Assembly (NCBI GenBank): GCA_012295275.1 | Contig: CM022675.1 | Span: 14,508,001-14,572,000, forward strand | From: Chrysomallon squamiferum | Taxonomy: Eukaryota; Animalia; Mollusca | Direction: 5' to 3' | Length of the DNA: 64,000 bases | In this document: positions 26,003-40,803 of the stretch, piece after piece | Layout of the letters: each line of letters begins with the position of its first letter | How positions within the stretch are numbered: position 1 is the first letter of the stretch | Position numbers and translations under genes: made by a program | The notes under the pieces: model-generated | Seen by the model: only the letters and a program-made list of their open reading frames with translations | Database searches by the model: none | Told to the model about the DNA's origin: nothing

Positions 26003-27075
26003 TATGAGTTTGTAAACATTTCTCTGTGGGTGTGAATGTGTGTGTGTTAGTGAGTTTGTAAACATTTCTCTGTGGATGTGTATGTGTGTGTATGTGTGTG
26101 TGTTAGTGAGTTTGTAAACATTTCTCTGTGGATGTGTATGTGTGTGTATGTGTGTGTGTTAGTGAGTTTGTAAACATTTCTCTGTGGGTGTGAATGTGTG
26201 TGTGTTAGTGAGTTTGTAAACATTTCTCTGTGGATGTGTATGTGTGTGTATGTGTGTGTGTTAGTGAGTTTGTAAACATTTCTCTGTGGGTGTGAATGTG
26301 TGTGTGTTAGTGAGTTTGTAAACATTTCTCTGTGGATGTATGTGTGTGTGTTAGTGAGTTTGTAAACATTTCTCTGTGGGTGTGAATGTGTGTGTGTTAG
26401 TGAGTTTGTAAACATTTCTCTGTGGATGTATGTGTGTGTGTTAGTGAGTTTGTAAACATTTCTCTGTGGGTGTGAATGTGTGTGTGTTAGTGAGTTTGTA
26501 AACATTTCTCTGTGGATGTGTATGTGTGTGTGTGTGTGTGTGTGTTAGTGAGTTTGTAAACATTTCTCTGTGGATGTATGTGTGTGTGTTAGTGAGTTTG
26601 TAAACATTTCTCTGTGGATGTGTGTGTGTGTTAGTGAGTTTGTAAACATTTCTCTGTGGATGTGTGTGTGTGTTAGTGAGTTTGTAAACATTTCTCTGTG
26701 GATGTGGATGTGTGTGTGTTAGTGAGTTTGTAAACATTTCTCTGTGGATGTGGATGTGTGTGTTAGTGAGTTTGTAAACATTTCTCTGTGGATGTGGATG
26801 TGTGTGTGTTAGTGTGTGTGTTAGTGAGTTTGTAAACATTTCTCTGTGGATGTGGATGTGTGTGGATGTGTGTGTGTTTAGTGAGTTTGTAAACATTTCT
26901 CTGTGTGTGTGTATGTGTGTGTGTTAGTGAGTTTGTAAACATTTCTCTGTGGATATGTATGTGTGTGTATGTGTGTGTGTTAGTGAGTTTATAAACATTT
27001 CTCTGTGGATGTGTATGTGTGTGTGTATATGTGTGTGTGTATGTGTGTGGATGTGAATGTGTGTGTGTGTTAGTG
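26003..27075 (+). repeat. Minisatellite, about 21 units of 42-59 bp: (TG)n TTAGTGAGTTTGTAAACATTTCTCTGTGGA/GTG
   Basis: A near-invariant core of about 30 bp separated by variable TG-rich spacers. Confidence 0.97.
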
Positions 27076-28298
27076 TCTGTTTATAAGCTAATGAAATTTG
27101 AAGGATTTTTATATCACGGTGTATATTTTTTGTGTGTATATGTGTGTGCGTGTGCGTGCGTGTGTGTCTATATCGTATTAAATTTTAATGTCTATACATA
27201 CAGCTGGATTTTGAGTTATTCTTTCCTAAGTATTAATTATTATACAGAGCGCAATTTTTGAAATTTAACCCTCATTAAAGACTTTCATTTTTATCATCAG
27301 GTATTATATATATCAAACTTTTATTAGTATTTTTGTTTTGTTTTTGTTATTGTAGTATAATTGTGTTTATACATACATACAAACATACATACATACATAT
27401 ATATCATATGTATGTATGTATGTGTGTGTGTATATATATATATGTCTTCCTTCTTTCTGTATACAGGTTTGTATACATTAACTTTATACATATTACTGCA
27501 TCATTGTTTGTTTCTAGTAAGTTTTTAAAGTTATTAAACAAAATTAATTAGTGGACAGTTGCAAATTCCTGTAAAAGCTTTGATTTCAAAAACACATTTA
27601 TATATGTTTACAAAATTTACCAAAACATTTCATGAAATAATGTTCTTACTACGAAAATATAAGAGAGTTTCTACAGCGATCTGATGCACTTTGTTATTTT
27701 ATTATTTTTACGCTAATTAATTTTTTAGTTTCTGTAAGAAATGAATATAATTATTATATTTAGGATAGCGTAAATTTATACTTAAATAAACAGGAATATG
27801 CAGAGACAAATATGGAAATGGCAGCTTTTGACGCTTTTCAAACTAATCACCCACCTCTTATTTTTTTTTTTTTTTTATCTTTTCTTTTTCTTTCTTTTTT
27901 TCTATATTTATTTATTTAAATATTTGTTGTTGATTCTGTTTTGTCTGTTTTTTCTATATTAATTCTATACCTTTTGTTAATAAAATTATTTGTGCCGTTA
28001 ATATTATTGTGCTATTTGCTATTTTATAAAATTCTCTTTCAGGGTGTGAAAGAATAAAGAAATTATACTAGACACTTGCATTATAGAGTATGTTTAATTT
28101 TTATTAATTTATTTATAATATTTTATGCTTATTCTAAAAAAAAAAATGATAAATATCCTGAAATTAAATGTCAAGTATTTAGTTGTTTTGTTTCGTTTTT
28201 TTATTATGTATTATTTACAGCAACAATAATAATGACAACAATACTACTATTACTAAAACTAATACTTCTATTAATACCAATAATAATAATAATAATAA

Positions 28299-28329
<31 letters not shown>

Positions 28330-28842
28330 AAGAAGAAGATGATGATGATGATGATGATGATGAAACTTACAATATTATTAGAGTTTTATTCATATCCAAG
28401 AATTTTATGTGTTGGGCTCTGATATACTGATATTTAATTCACAAATAAGTAAAATTCTTTTAAGATTATTTTATATTCACGTTTGATAATCACGTAATAA
28501 AACAATTCACTAGCAAATAACAAAAAAATTAATATTAAAATGTATTCAGGTGTCATTAAATAAACAATCATTCAGTTCTTTATTCACTGAAGTATTTATT
28601 AATATTCATTTTCTATTTTTTTTGTTCTCTCAGATTTATTCTTAATTATAATTTAATATAACACATCAGCTTTTAAAATCTGATACTGTACACCGCTTTT
28701 CATTTATTCATTTATTTTCTGGTGCTTCTACTACTAATACTTTTAAAATTACCGTTATTACGATAAAAACGTTTAAAATACTAACTAATATCCTGTAGCA
28801 ATATATACTGCTATAAGATATTAGCTAGTATATATAAATGTT

Positions 28843-28905
<63 letters not shown>

Positions 28906-29911
28906 CAGATATGGCGTTGTAAAAAATCATCTGAAAAAGTTATATGTACAGTTAATATTTTTATAGCTTTTTTATTATTATATTTACATTTTTATTGTTC
29001 ATTCATTGATTCAATCATTAATGTTTTCATTCAGTTCTACATTTATTTATTTATTTTACTATTATTGCATTTTAAAAACACATTGTAACGAAATTTTAAT
29101 CTGTTCCTTTTAATATTCATAAAACCGTAATTAATATTCAGGAACGGATAATGAATATTCGCACATTTAAATTAATTGGTCTGTTTCAAAAGACATGAGA
29201 CACATGACTAAAATAAACAACATGAAATAGATATCTGTCATCAGTTCACAGTTAATCAGTTTCACAGAATGAATAAGATATCTCTCAAGTATTTCAGCTG
29301 TTTTAGAATTTAAATTTTTAATACAATTTAAATGTAACCTAATCCAGTAGAAAACAATTAAAATTTCAACTGAAAAACCCCAGAAACTAATATAATTGAT
29401 GCGACTTGCGGTGATGTTATTATTGTTTTATTATACTAAAATATACCGTATTATATTATATTATATTATATTATATTATATTATATTATATTATATTACT
29501 TTACATTATATTACATTATATTATGTTTTATTATATGGTGCTATATTATATTGCATTATCTATGCTGTGTTTTGTTATGTTATGTTAAATTATATTACTT
29601 TATAACATATTATATTATATTGTTTTATTATTGTTGCTGTCATTATCATCATTATTATTACTATTACTGTCATAATTACTACCTTACGACTGCTACTACA
29701 TTCACTGTTTTCATCATCATTATCATCATCATCATATTTGTATCATCATCGATGGAAGACTAATTTTATCTGTGGTTTTTTTTTAAATCTTTTTCTTCAT
29801 TCGTTATTCGTTCTTTCATTCATTGAAAACACCTAATTAATATTTTGTTATAACTTTTTTCTGTCAACTTTTGATAAAAAAGAAGACGAAAACAACATTA
29901 TTACTTTTTTT

Positions 29912-29984
<73 letters not shown>

Positions 29985-30425
29985 CTGTAATATAGATATT
30001 TTAGTATTTAATGTTCTCAACATATAATATTTTATTATAGTCAACACATATCTTTCAGAAATATCATTGTGATTATGTGATATTAAAAATGTTGATTTAT
30101 CTGCTGGAATAATGTTGATATTATTGCCGAGGCTTTAGTTATTACTAATATGTATTGTTAAACAAAATATATCCAGTGAGGACAACATAAATAAATAACT
30201 TGACATTTCACATTTCTGTTTATTATATTCACCTGAACACGCATTTTATTTAGTAAAATACGTATGTTAGTTTTCATTGTTTATTGTTTTTTTTTTTATT
30301 CATTCATTTATTTATTTATTTATTTATTTATTTATTTGCTTATTTCTTTTTCTATATGCTTGGTTCTTGTTTGTTGGTTGTTGTTTATTTTTCATTTATT
30401 CTTTTTTACTTAGTTACTTGCTTGT

Positions 30426-30456
<31 letters not shown>

Positions 30457-30686
30457 TTTGTAGTTGTTATTTATCTATTTTGTAATTATTTTTCCATTAA
30501 ATTTAACCTATGAATTCGTTTATATTTTAATTCAGAATATGTACCTCTGTACTAACACTTATATAAATATTTATTTGAAAATTGTTAATAAGTGTATTTC
30601 TAGTAATTGTAAGGATTTATTTTTCTTCTTTTTAGCTATGTTGTCGATGATGTCGAAACAATTAGCAATAATCATTATTATTATTA

Positions 30687-31140
30687 TTATCACTATTACT
30701 GTTGTTGTTGTAGTTATTGTTGCTGCTGCTGCTGCTGTTTTTGTTTTTGTTTTATCCTGTCGCTGTTTCCTTCATTCTAATAATAATACTAATTTTTATT
30801 ACTGTTTTATTCATTACCATTAGAGATTATTATATATGAAGAGATAATTATATATGAAATAAACGGGATATAACTAAGATTAATCTAAAGTAATTACAGA
30901 GGACATTACTGTACATCTGGAAATGACGAACTGAACGCAATGGGTTTTCAAATGCATTATTAGTAGCTAAAATAAAATATTTTGAATGAAATTGTTTATA
31001 ACTAATATATATATATACTCTTTCTTAACGATGTAATTAATATCTGTATAAAAATGTTAATTTCTTATACAGAATTGTGCTTCTGAATGTAAATAAATAA
31101 ATGCTAGTTGTAGTGGTGTTAATGATAACGACGATGATGA
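30687..31140 (+). repeat. Direct repeat copy B (about 450 bp) inside Mox-A intron 1, next to the exon-1 donor
   Basis: Same sequence as 13801-14190 plus an extra segment of about 40 nt (31061-31100) and small indels. Confidence 0.92.
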
Positions 31141-31347
31141 TGATGATGACAATAACAATAGGAACAACAACAATTATAATAATAATAATAATAACAACAA
31201 TAACAATAATAATAACAACAATAATAACAATAATAATAATAACAACAAAAATAATAACAAAAATAATACAACAATAATAATAATAAAATAACAATAATAA
31301 TAACAATACTAATAATAATAATAATAATACAGAAGAAAACGACTCAC

Positions 31348-31816
31348 CTGAGCACCTTGCTTTGTCGCAGGAATCAGTAGATCCAGGTGAGGAACTGACA
31401 CTCTGACTGGGGGAAGAGGAGAAGGGGGGACTGTACGAGTTATTACAAGCAACGTCACAGTAAGGTGAAGCCCCCGGCATGAGGCCTCTGGAGGGGGCCA
31501 TACCCCCCAAACCAGGACCCATCTGAACCCCTCCTTGGTAGAAATAATCCCCCGCCTCTCTCCCCGACAACAGATTGGACGCCGCCGTACTCAGAGTTCC
31601 GTTCATTCCAAAATTTGAACCTGGGCTGGAGAAGGACCAGTCCCCTGTCTGGGAGGGGTAAGCGAAGCCGCTCCCTCCAAAATTTCCCGTGGAGTACATG
31701 GAAGAAAATGGTGTCTGTCTCGGAAAAGTTTGCGAAATTCCGTAAGAGCTTGCGAAGTTGTGTGAGTAGTGGTGGTGCAACGTCGGCGCGTTCATGCCGT
31801 ACACCCTCTGCTCCAT
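31348..31816 (-). CDS. Mox: Mox/Meox homeobox gene A, exon 1 (Ser/Gly/Pro/Tyr-rich N-terminus, MEQRVYGMNAP...DKARCS)
   Basis: GC-rich 469-nt ORF segment ending at a consensus donor CAG|GTGAGT (31348/31347). Phase 1 matches exon 2. Total CDS is 867 nt (288 aa). The link across the 18.4-kb intron is inferred from phase and composition. Confidence 0.85.
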
Positions 31817-31899
31817 TTCGTAATTTCTCTAAATTCCTAGAAATATAAAAATTTTAAGCCGCCAAAATCATACAGGACTATTCAAGATTGGTCTGAAGA

Positions 31900-32200
31900 T
31901 TGTGTACGTTCCTTCGTTCCCAAAGAGGACTGAAAACTATAAAGTTTTTTGCGCATGTGCAAGGTGTTTATGGTGTCCCTAAAAGACGAAGCTAGTCATG
32001 AAAAACCATTCCACAAAATACCAATCACGTGTTGAAGTTTCACCAACTTGGCTTGTTTATTCCGCGAAAGAATCGCCGACCACTCTCCGACAAGGCGGTG
32101 CCAGGTGGATGATTGACAAGTCTGATTTGTACCGTTATCCAATACACTGCAGCCGTTACGAATCATTTTCAAACCGTATAAAATTCTCCGACAAGTTTTA
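31900..32200 (-). promoter_or_regulatory. Mox-A proximal promoter
   Basis: Lies directly upstream of exon 1. Inr-like TCAGTC on the minus strand at about 31931, NRF1-like TGCGCATGTGCA at 31950-31961, T-box-like AGGTGTT at 31962, and CCAATCACGTG (CCAAT plus E-box) at 32021-32031. Confidence 0.55.
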
Positions 32201-32456
32201 AATTAATTTAATTGAACATTTTAGTTTCGGAGACCATAAAACGAACAGTTTGAAAGATATAAAAGTTAAACGTAATTTATTTTATCTTTAACTGAAATGG
32301 TTTGGGGGAATGTATTGTTGTTTGATTTGTATGTAGATGTTTGCACTGAAGTTAGATAAATAAAAAATAAATAAATAATAAAAAAAAGAACTAATTAAAC
32401 TAATAAACATTAACAATTTAATTATATATATATATTACTATTAATATATTTATTAC

Positions 32457-32532
<76 letters not shown>

Positions 32533-32937
32533 GTAGTAAAAGATAGACGATATTTTAATCATTGCTATTTTCTTTGTTTTTGTTATTTTTATTATATTTT
32601 TTAAAAAGTCAGTAACTGAAATGAAAATAAAAAACTAAAAGTAAAAATAGAAAGTAAAATATACCAGTATAAGTTATGTTTTTGTTGTTTTTTAAAATTA
32701 ATAACTACCAGTAAATAAATGCCGAACATTACACAAACATTAAAGACAAAAGCAATAATACTCAGTAAATGATAATGCAAAACTTAATTTACATAAATAT
32801 TCTTCTGGTGAGCTCAAATCTATCTTTTCGCTAAAGCTGAAATAAGATTATATTTTGAGAGACACACAAAAATAAAATAATAAAAAATAAAAATAAAAAT
32901 AAAAATAAAAATAAAAATAAAAATAAAAATAAAAAAA

Positions 32938-33021
<84 letters not shown>

Positions 33022-33949
33022 GTAATAATACGAAGAAGAATAGTAAAGAATATTTAATTAAAATAAAACAAAACAGTATCTCAGAAGGAAAAAAAAAATG
33101 TTGTTTGACAAACTGAACATTAAAAATAATGTTAACAACTTGCCAAAAATTAAATTTATTTTAAAATTCACAAATCGAAGAAAAGAAATTAAAAGGAAGA
33201 AAAAGAAAAAAGATAGAAAAATATGAACGTAAAGTAATAGAAGATCGAATATATAATGAAAAATTAAATAAAGAAATAAATGAAAATAGAAAAGATCAAA
33301 AAGATAGACAGAAGGAAAACGGTACAAAAAAAAAAAAAAATAGGAAAAAAAGTGACCAAATGAAAAATAATTAAAAAAAAAAAAAAAAAAAAAAAAAAGA
33401 TAAAATACAAAGAAGAATGAGTTAAAAAAAACTCCACGAACATAAAAGCACACTAATGTAGCACAAATCTTGATACAAGTTTTTATTATTCAGACTATTT
33501 TATTTTCTGTCTGTTTACACAACTCGATGATGCGCGCACTGATATTAAACCGCTGTAACGAAGTAATCCGCCGGGATAGACTGGAATAAAGTCGTGAACA
33601 TTCCACGTCGCCCATCACGCACAATATGATGATCGTAACAGACGCAATCTAACATGATTAGAAACCTGAGCGCGATAATGCGCGTGCTGCTTCTTTCGAT
33701 CAGCCTCATTCTGGGGTAGCAGTTTTTCAGTTGAGGGACAATGGGAAACATTGGTTTGGCTGCAGCGAATTTGTTCCTTCGTGTTTAATAGACCTGTTTT
33801 TGTTACACGATAGTTTCATATCTGTCAAAACACAGCCATGTTAGAACGATAAGATAAGTTCTTGATTCTCTCGTTCTTTCTTCCTTTATTTCTTTCTTTA
33901 TTTGTTTGTTTATTTTGTTTTATTTTATTTTATTAATCAACTTTAGTAT

Positions 33950-33988
<39 letters not shown>

Positions 33989-34635
33989 TTTGTTTATTTA
34001 TTTATCTATTTATTTATTTTATTTTATTTTATTTATTTACTTTAGTATTTATTTATTTATTTTATTAACTTCAGTATTATTTATTTATTTATTTATTTGT
34101 TTGTTTATTTATCTTATTTTATTTTATTTTATTTACATTAGTATTTGTTAATTAACTAATTTATTATTATTATTATTATTATTATTAATTTTATTTACTT
34201 GTTTGCTGTTTGTTTAGTCGTTCATTCATTCATTCATTCATTATCATTATCATTATTAATAAATATATTAATTTATTTTATGCACTTAGTTAATGTTTTT
34301 TTTATGAAATCTGAGAGAATATTTAAATCACATAACAACAACAAAAAAGCAAAATACAAATGAACTTAAATAGTAGCTAACGTTGAAAAGTTAATATAAA
34401 TAAAAAAAAAATAAAATAGTGATAATAATAAATAAATATAATAGTAATAAATAAATAGTAATAGTAATAAATACATAGTAACAGTAATAAACGAATATAA
34501 TAATAATAATAATGCTAACAGTAACAGCAATAAAAATGTAATATAGACATCAGTAAATACTGAAGATGATAAAATAAGGTAAAATATGAGAACAATTTAA
34601 TAAAATAACAATTATACAAAACATTAAACAAACAA

Positions 34636-34679
<44 letters not shown>

Positions 34680-35866
34680 CTATTATTATTATTATTATTA
34701 TTATTATGAGAATGATGTTGTTCTTACCAATTTTATCTCTGTATGTTTTCTTTTTTTAAATAGATATTTCATATTCAGAAAATAAAATACCGCTTTAATA
34801 GAAATCTCACCATGTAACAGAATAAAGTTAAAACATTTTGAAGCCGACAAACAACTTGATCGACGAAATTTAAACATTAAATAATAAATAAAATAGAATA
34901 AAATAACAACAACAAACATAAACAACATATAGATAACAAAAAATATATTTTAATGAAGAAACTGTAGACTATAATACGGATGAAGTAAATCTTAGCTCTG
35001 AACAAAGTAAATTATATAAATACTAATTAATGATATTTAAACATTTAAATGTTGTGATATTCTTAACACAGATATAATACGTTTACTTACAGTAGTAGTA
35101 ACTGATAAATTTGTTCTGTTATTAAAAAACAAAGATGTCCTTTACCCATAAACGTATCAGATGCGAAATGCCACATTCCTTTACTTTTTATAATTATCAG
35201 TTATTTCAGTTTGTAATACATATAAGAATGTGAATTTTATTAATAGAATGCATTAAAAACATTATTTTTACTAAATAGTTTCTTGTTTTTTAATTCTGTT
35301 ATTTGTTATATTACATTATTATTTTCCATTGTTCGTTCTCTTTTAAAATTTAATTTTCTAATAATTCCGAAACATTTCTTCACAGTTTTAGTTGAATTAA
35401 AATATCAACATGTTTATATTATCTTATAATGTTTAGTATTCCAAGTTTTAAATACTTTATATTTAATATTCCATGTGTATTTTATATTACTTGTTTCTGT
35501 TATATTAATATATTACAATTTTGTTTTATTGACAATTTGTAAGAAACAAGATATATAAATTTATCATTTCTTAAAACTATATTATATTTATACATGTTCA
35601 AAGTGAAACATTAACAGTATATGATGCATTAATTTAAATTATTTATTTACATACTAAATAAATATAAATACAAATATTTTTTAAAATTATTATAATAGTG
35701 GGTACTAAATAGACTCTAATAAACATATATATATAGATTTAGAAACATTCAATGGATATTCTCCGTTATTGACCAAAATTTCAAATCATTATATCTTGTA
35801 GTTTTTACATAAAGCTAAAATAAAAATAAGATTTAAAAAATTGGATTTTCTTTTCAATTTTTATTA

Positions 35867-35942
<76 letters not shown>

Positions 35943-36456
35943 TTTTTTTTGAAATACTGACGTTCAGTACATTTGTTTTGGTCCAAACCGATTTATCTGA
36001 ATAAAATATTTTTAATATCACAAGAAACACAAAATAAAAAAGTTAAACATTGTGTGAAACACATAACAAAATTGATAATTACAATTAAATAATAATTAAC
36101 GACAATATTTTCATTCTTTCCTGATAATGTCTAATTAAAACAGCTGATTTTTGTGTGATTTTTTTTGTTTTGTTGTTGTTGTTTTTATATCATTTATATC
36201 AAAATAAGACTCTTAGTGTTATCTTGTCGAACAGAAAGAATTATTTTAAATGTACAATACACAACAAAATTATGCGTACTTTTATTCTACAGTAATGTTC
36301 TGTTTTAATATTCATTATGTAATTAGTCTTATTTGTATTTACGTTATTCTTAAATTTATTTATATATTTTAATTGATGCTGTTGTTGTTACTGCTGCAGT
36401 AGCTGTGCTTCTTATGAGCGTCAACATCGTCATCATTGTTATTGTCATTATTATTA

Positions 36457-36509
<53 letters not shown>

Positions 36510-37419
36510 GTAATTATTATTATTATTATTATCACATTTTATTTGTTGTTCTTGTGCTGTTACTTTCGGAGCACTACTTTCTTCTGTTGTTGTTGTTGTT
36601 TTTTTCTTCCGTACTTTATCGCTGAATGTCTCTCATCCTGACTTCCGAGTTCATTTTAGATCTATTATAAAATATTCATCTTGTCAATGTTGTGAAAATT
36701 ATTTAACCTCATTGTAACACTTATACTGAATTTTATACAAAAACATTGCTCAATGCGGATCATTCAAGATAATGTATAACATGATGAAATGTTTGATGTT
36801 TCATGCTTCAGTTTCATTGGCTGCAGAAAAGTCCGTGGTATGTGTTTCCCTGTTTATATGACAAATAGGAATAAACATCTTTGTCATCAAATTATATCTG
36901 ACATTTTTAGAAACTGTTTTTATAAAAATTGTTTCAGGTAACATGGAACAAATATTTATAGAAATATTTCTACACGATAAGTAAATGATGCATTAAAAAA
37001 TGTTGAAACATGATTAAGCTATACAAATTTTGAATATAACGAAGAAGATTTTAAAAATGTGTATTTACAATAATTTAATTATTTATTTATTTATTTTTAT
37101 TTTATTTTTTTAATTAAAGAAATGTAAGTACACTGGTTAAATTTTTATAATTTCAAAGTACAAATAAATGAAGTTAAAAAAGTAAAGATAAACTTTATCT
37201 CAGAGATATTGTCAATAATAAATTACTTTGTTTATTTATTTATCATCATCATCATCATCATTGTCTTCATCATCATATTTATAATAGAATATGGGTAATA
37301 AAGAAGGTTATATATATAATAGTAAGAATTATATAAACATGTAAACAGTGTTTCTTCAAAACGAACCAGAATATTTTTCTTGTAACTGTTTATATATCAT
37401 TAAAAAAAATATTTATGTA

Positions 37420-37611
37420 TATATGCATGATGTATGTACGTATGTATGTATGATGTGTGTATTTGTGTATATATGTGTGTGTGGCTGTGTGTGTGTATAT
37501 GTGTGTGTGTCTGTATTGTGTGTGTATGTGTATGTGTATGGTGTATGCGTGTGTGTGTATATGTGTATGTGTCTTTATGTGTGTATATGTGTATGTGTGT
37601 GTATGTGTGTC

Positions 37612-37643
<32 letters not shown>

Positions 37644-37838
37644 TATGTGTGTGTGTGTGTTGTGTATGTGTGTGTGTATATCTGTGTATGTGTGTGTGTG
37701 TGTGTGTATGTGTGTGTCTGTGTGTGTGTTGTATGTGTATGTGTCTGTGTGTATGTGTGTGTATGTGTGTGTATGTGTGTATATGTGTGTGTGTGTTGTG
37801 TATGTGTGTGTGTATGTGTGTATGTGTGTCTGTGTGTA
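37420..37838 (+). repeat. Imperfect (TG)n/(TATG)n microsatellite tract
   Basis: Directly visible; it explains the spurious Cys/Val and His/Thr ORFs here. Confidence 0.95.
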
Positions 37839-39376
37839 TTCTCTGTACGCCAGTGCTGTTATAACCCTTCTATTCCCACGTGGACTACGTACACCGCGTG
37901 CCAACGCGTACTTACGACGAAAACTGCTTTCCTTCCACATCTGCGCCACACATGTGCGAGAACCAGTCACTTTTTTCTCTCTCTATCGCGGACATGTTGT
38001 TTCCATTAAGGAACCGCCAGACACCCATGAAGGCAGTCCACACTTTGGGGTTCCTTTAAATTATATCCCAACATAGCTCTTCCTTTCTTTCATTACACCC
38101 GTCTACATTTTCAACTGTTCATATATCATTTTCCTTAGTTAAATTCACAGGTGGTATCCTTTTTTTCCCCCTTAAACCTAGGGGACATGCAGAAGAAAGA
38201 GGAGATGTGATATTGCTGAGTGTTGTTGTAATAGCAGTGTGCGGAATGTAACAATAGATGAATGTAACAATAGATGAATGTGCTAAGATGTAACTGTTGT
38301 GTAATCATAGTGGGAAGTTGAGTTGAGTCTGTGCGAATGATGACAGTATGTACGCAGTGTCGTGTTACACGACTTGTTTACTTATTATTGCAGTATGTTT
38401 GTTTCACAGATCCTGTTACTAACGTGATTATCACTATCACTTGTCGTTACTACCACCATTATTACTATTTCTACTACTACTACTACTACTACTACAGTTA
38501 CTATATAACTACTACTACTACTACTACTACTACTACAGTTACTATATAACTACTACTACTATTACGTTACTATTATAACTACAACTACTAATACTACTAC
38601 TACTGTCACCACTGTTACTACTACTGTTATTTCTACATTACTACTATTACTACTATAACTCTACTAGTACTACTACTGCAATAACAACAACAACTACTCT
38701 TATTAGCAAAACTACTGCAGCTGTTATTATTACTGTTAGTACTATTAATAACGATCTTAATTTTACTACTACTACTACTACTACTACTGCTACTACTACT
38801 GCTGCTACTACTGCTGCTGCCCCTAATACTAATACTACTATGCTGCTGTTACTGCTACAGGCCATTATTAATGCAAAAACACTGCAAACGCCATACATCA
38901 AATACTTCTGTTCTGCCAAATTAAATTAAATTTTTAGAAAGGGCAATGTAAATGTATTCGAGAGAAAAACTGTTTAAATTTTGTATTGTATGAAATAAAA
39001 AGTAAAATAAACCAATAATAATAATAATAAGGAGAAGAAGAAGAGCAACAACAACAACAACAACAAAAAGACGAAGAAATATTAAACCGTTTGGATCTGT
39101 TAATTTCAAATCCTTATTCTATTCAGTTTCGTCCAAGATGTTTTCTTTACGTTTTTTTTTTTTTTTTTCCGTTTAATTTCTTTTCCCTCCTCCTTTAGAC
39201 AGAACGTCTAACTTGACAATGGACAGAACAGTTTTCACGGTAACAGAGCGCTGATTTATGTCATGTTTTACATACTTCACTGTTTTTTATAACAAAGGTA
39301 AGTAACTTTCTGAAGGAAAATGTCTTCGTGTGACTAAAATGAAACTTGTCGAATTGGATGCTTTCATTGTTCTCTC

Positions 39377-39418
39377 TTTTTTTTTTTTTTTTTTTTTTTT
39401 CTTGTTTTTTTTTCCTCT

Positions 39419-39514
<96 letters not shown>
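39377..39514 (+). repeat. Poly(T) tract of about 140 nt with few interruptions
   Basis: Directly visible. Confidence 0.95.
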
Positions 39515-39743
39515 CTGATTATTTTTTTCCTTGGGTGGTGATGAAACATGGAATTTGTAGAATTCTGATATTTAACACATTGTCTTTTCTTTTTTTTTTG
39601 AGTTTAAAATGAAATTATCAGTTGCTTCTGTGTAGTGTTTGTATTTGTCAGATATGTTCATGTTCCTATTAGTGTGTGCGTGCGTGTGAGTAACAGAAAA
39701 ACAGGCAAAGAATGACAGATGGAATCAAAGGAGTAGATTTGTC

Positions 39744-39744
39744 C

Positions 39745-39780
<36 letters not shown>

Positions 39781-39854
39781 GCATACAGAGAGAGAGACAG
39801 ACAGACAGAGGTCTTAGACAGAGATACGGATACAGAGAGAGAGAGAAAGAAAGA

Positions 39855-39935
<81 letters not shown>

Positions 39936-40038
39936 AGACAGACAGGCATACAGAGAGACAGACAGACAGACAGAGGTCTTAGACAGAGATACAGATACAG
40001 AGAGAGAGAGAGTAAGAAAGAAGGAGAGAGAGAGAGAG
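39744..40038 (+). repeat. Duplicated (AG)/(ACAG)-rich unit, two copies
   Basis: GACAGGCATACAGAGAG...CAGAGGTCTTAGACAGAGATAC(G/A)GATACAG...AAGAAGGAGAG occurs twice. Confidence 0.85.
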
Positions 40039-40514
40039 CGTTCGTGAAACTATCAGAGTCAGGGATCCATGTTTTAGTTACTGTAAAATCACTGTACGTA
40101 CATTTCTGCCACTGAAAGGTTTTTCCGATATAAACTGTTTTGAAGTATTTCATCTTGAAAATGTCAGTAATTGATATTTGCAGTCACAGAAATTCTTATG
40201 AATTAAACTTTTCACAGTGAAAATTTTATCATCGTTACTTGAAATGAATCTCCATTAAATCAACCAAAATTTCAGTTACTTCAGGTTTAAAAGAGTAGCA
40301 TCAATATTTAACAAATATTTTAATATAAGAAATTATTATTACTACTGTTATATCAATACCAGAATACTACTACTACAACTACTATTTCTACTACCACGGG
40401 TCCTACTGCTGTTACCATTATGTCATCATCACGACTACCATCTCATAGCTATTACAACTACTACTACTAATACTTCCATTACTACCACTACTGCAACTTT
40501 ACTACTACTACTGC

Positions 40515-40803
40515 TATATCTAAGAGAAGACAGGTCTTACTGCACATCGTTATGTGAAATAAAAATGTAAAATATCTATGAGGAGACTGTTCTTACTGCA
40601 CATCGTAAAGTGAAATAAAAATGTAAAATATCTATGAGGAGACAGTTGTTACTGCACATTGTAAGGTGAAATAAAAATGTAAAATATCTATGAGAAGACA
40701 GGTCTTACTGCACATCGTTAGGTGAAATAAAAATGTAAAATATCTAAGAGAAGACAGGTCTTACTGCACATCGTTAGGTGAAATAAAAATGTAAGATATC
40801 TAC
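40515..40803 (+). repeat. Minisatellite, about 5 copies of a 56-bp unit
   Basis: Unit ATATCTA(A/T)GAG(A/G)AGACAGGTCTTACTGCACATCGTTAGGTGAAATAAAAATGTAAA, with starts about every 56 bp. Confidence 0.95.

Noticed and set aside
26003-27075. Repeat-spacer appearance resembling a CRISPR array, with 151-152 aa repeat ORFs on the minus strand
   Set aside because: The spacers are only variable (TG)n rather than unique sequence, the context is a eukaryotic intron, and there are no cas genes. The ORFs are by-products of the repeat.
29752-29775. TGGAAGACTA matches the 5' end of miR-7
   Set aside because: The match stops after 10 nt and there is no complementary hairpin arm.
31037-31347. Hydrophobic C-terminal half of the 259-aa ORF, suggesting a membrane protein
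   Set aside because: It lies past the consensus donor at 31347 and is intronic (AAT/AAC)n read-through.
39377-39514. Long poly(T) as the poly(A) tail of a retrocopy
   Set aside because: No adjacent SINE, LINE or processed-gene body and no target-site duplication were recognised; homopolymer length may also be a sequencing artefact.
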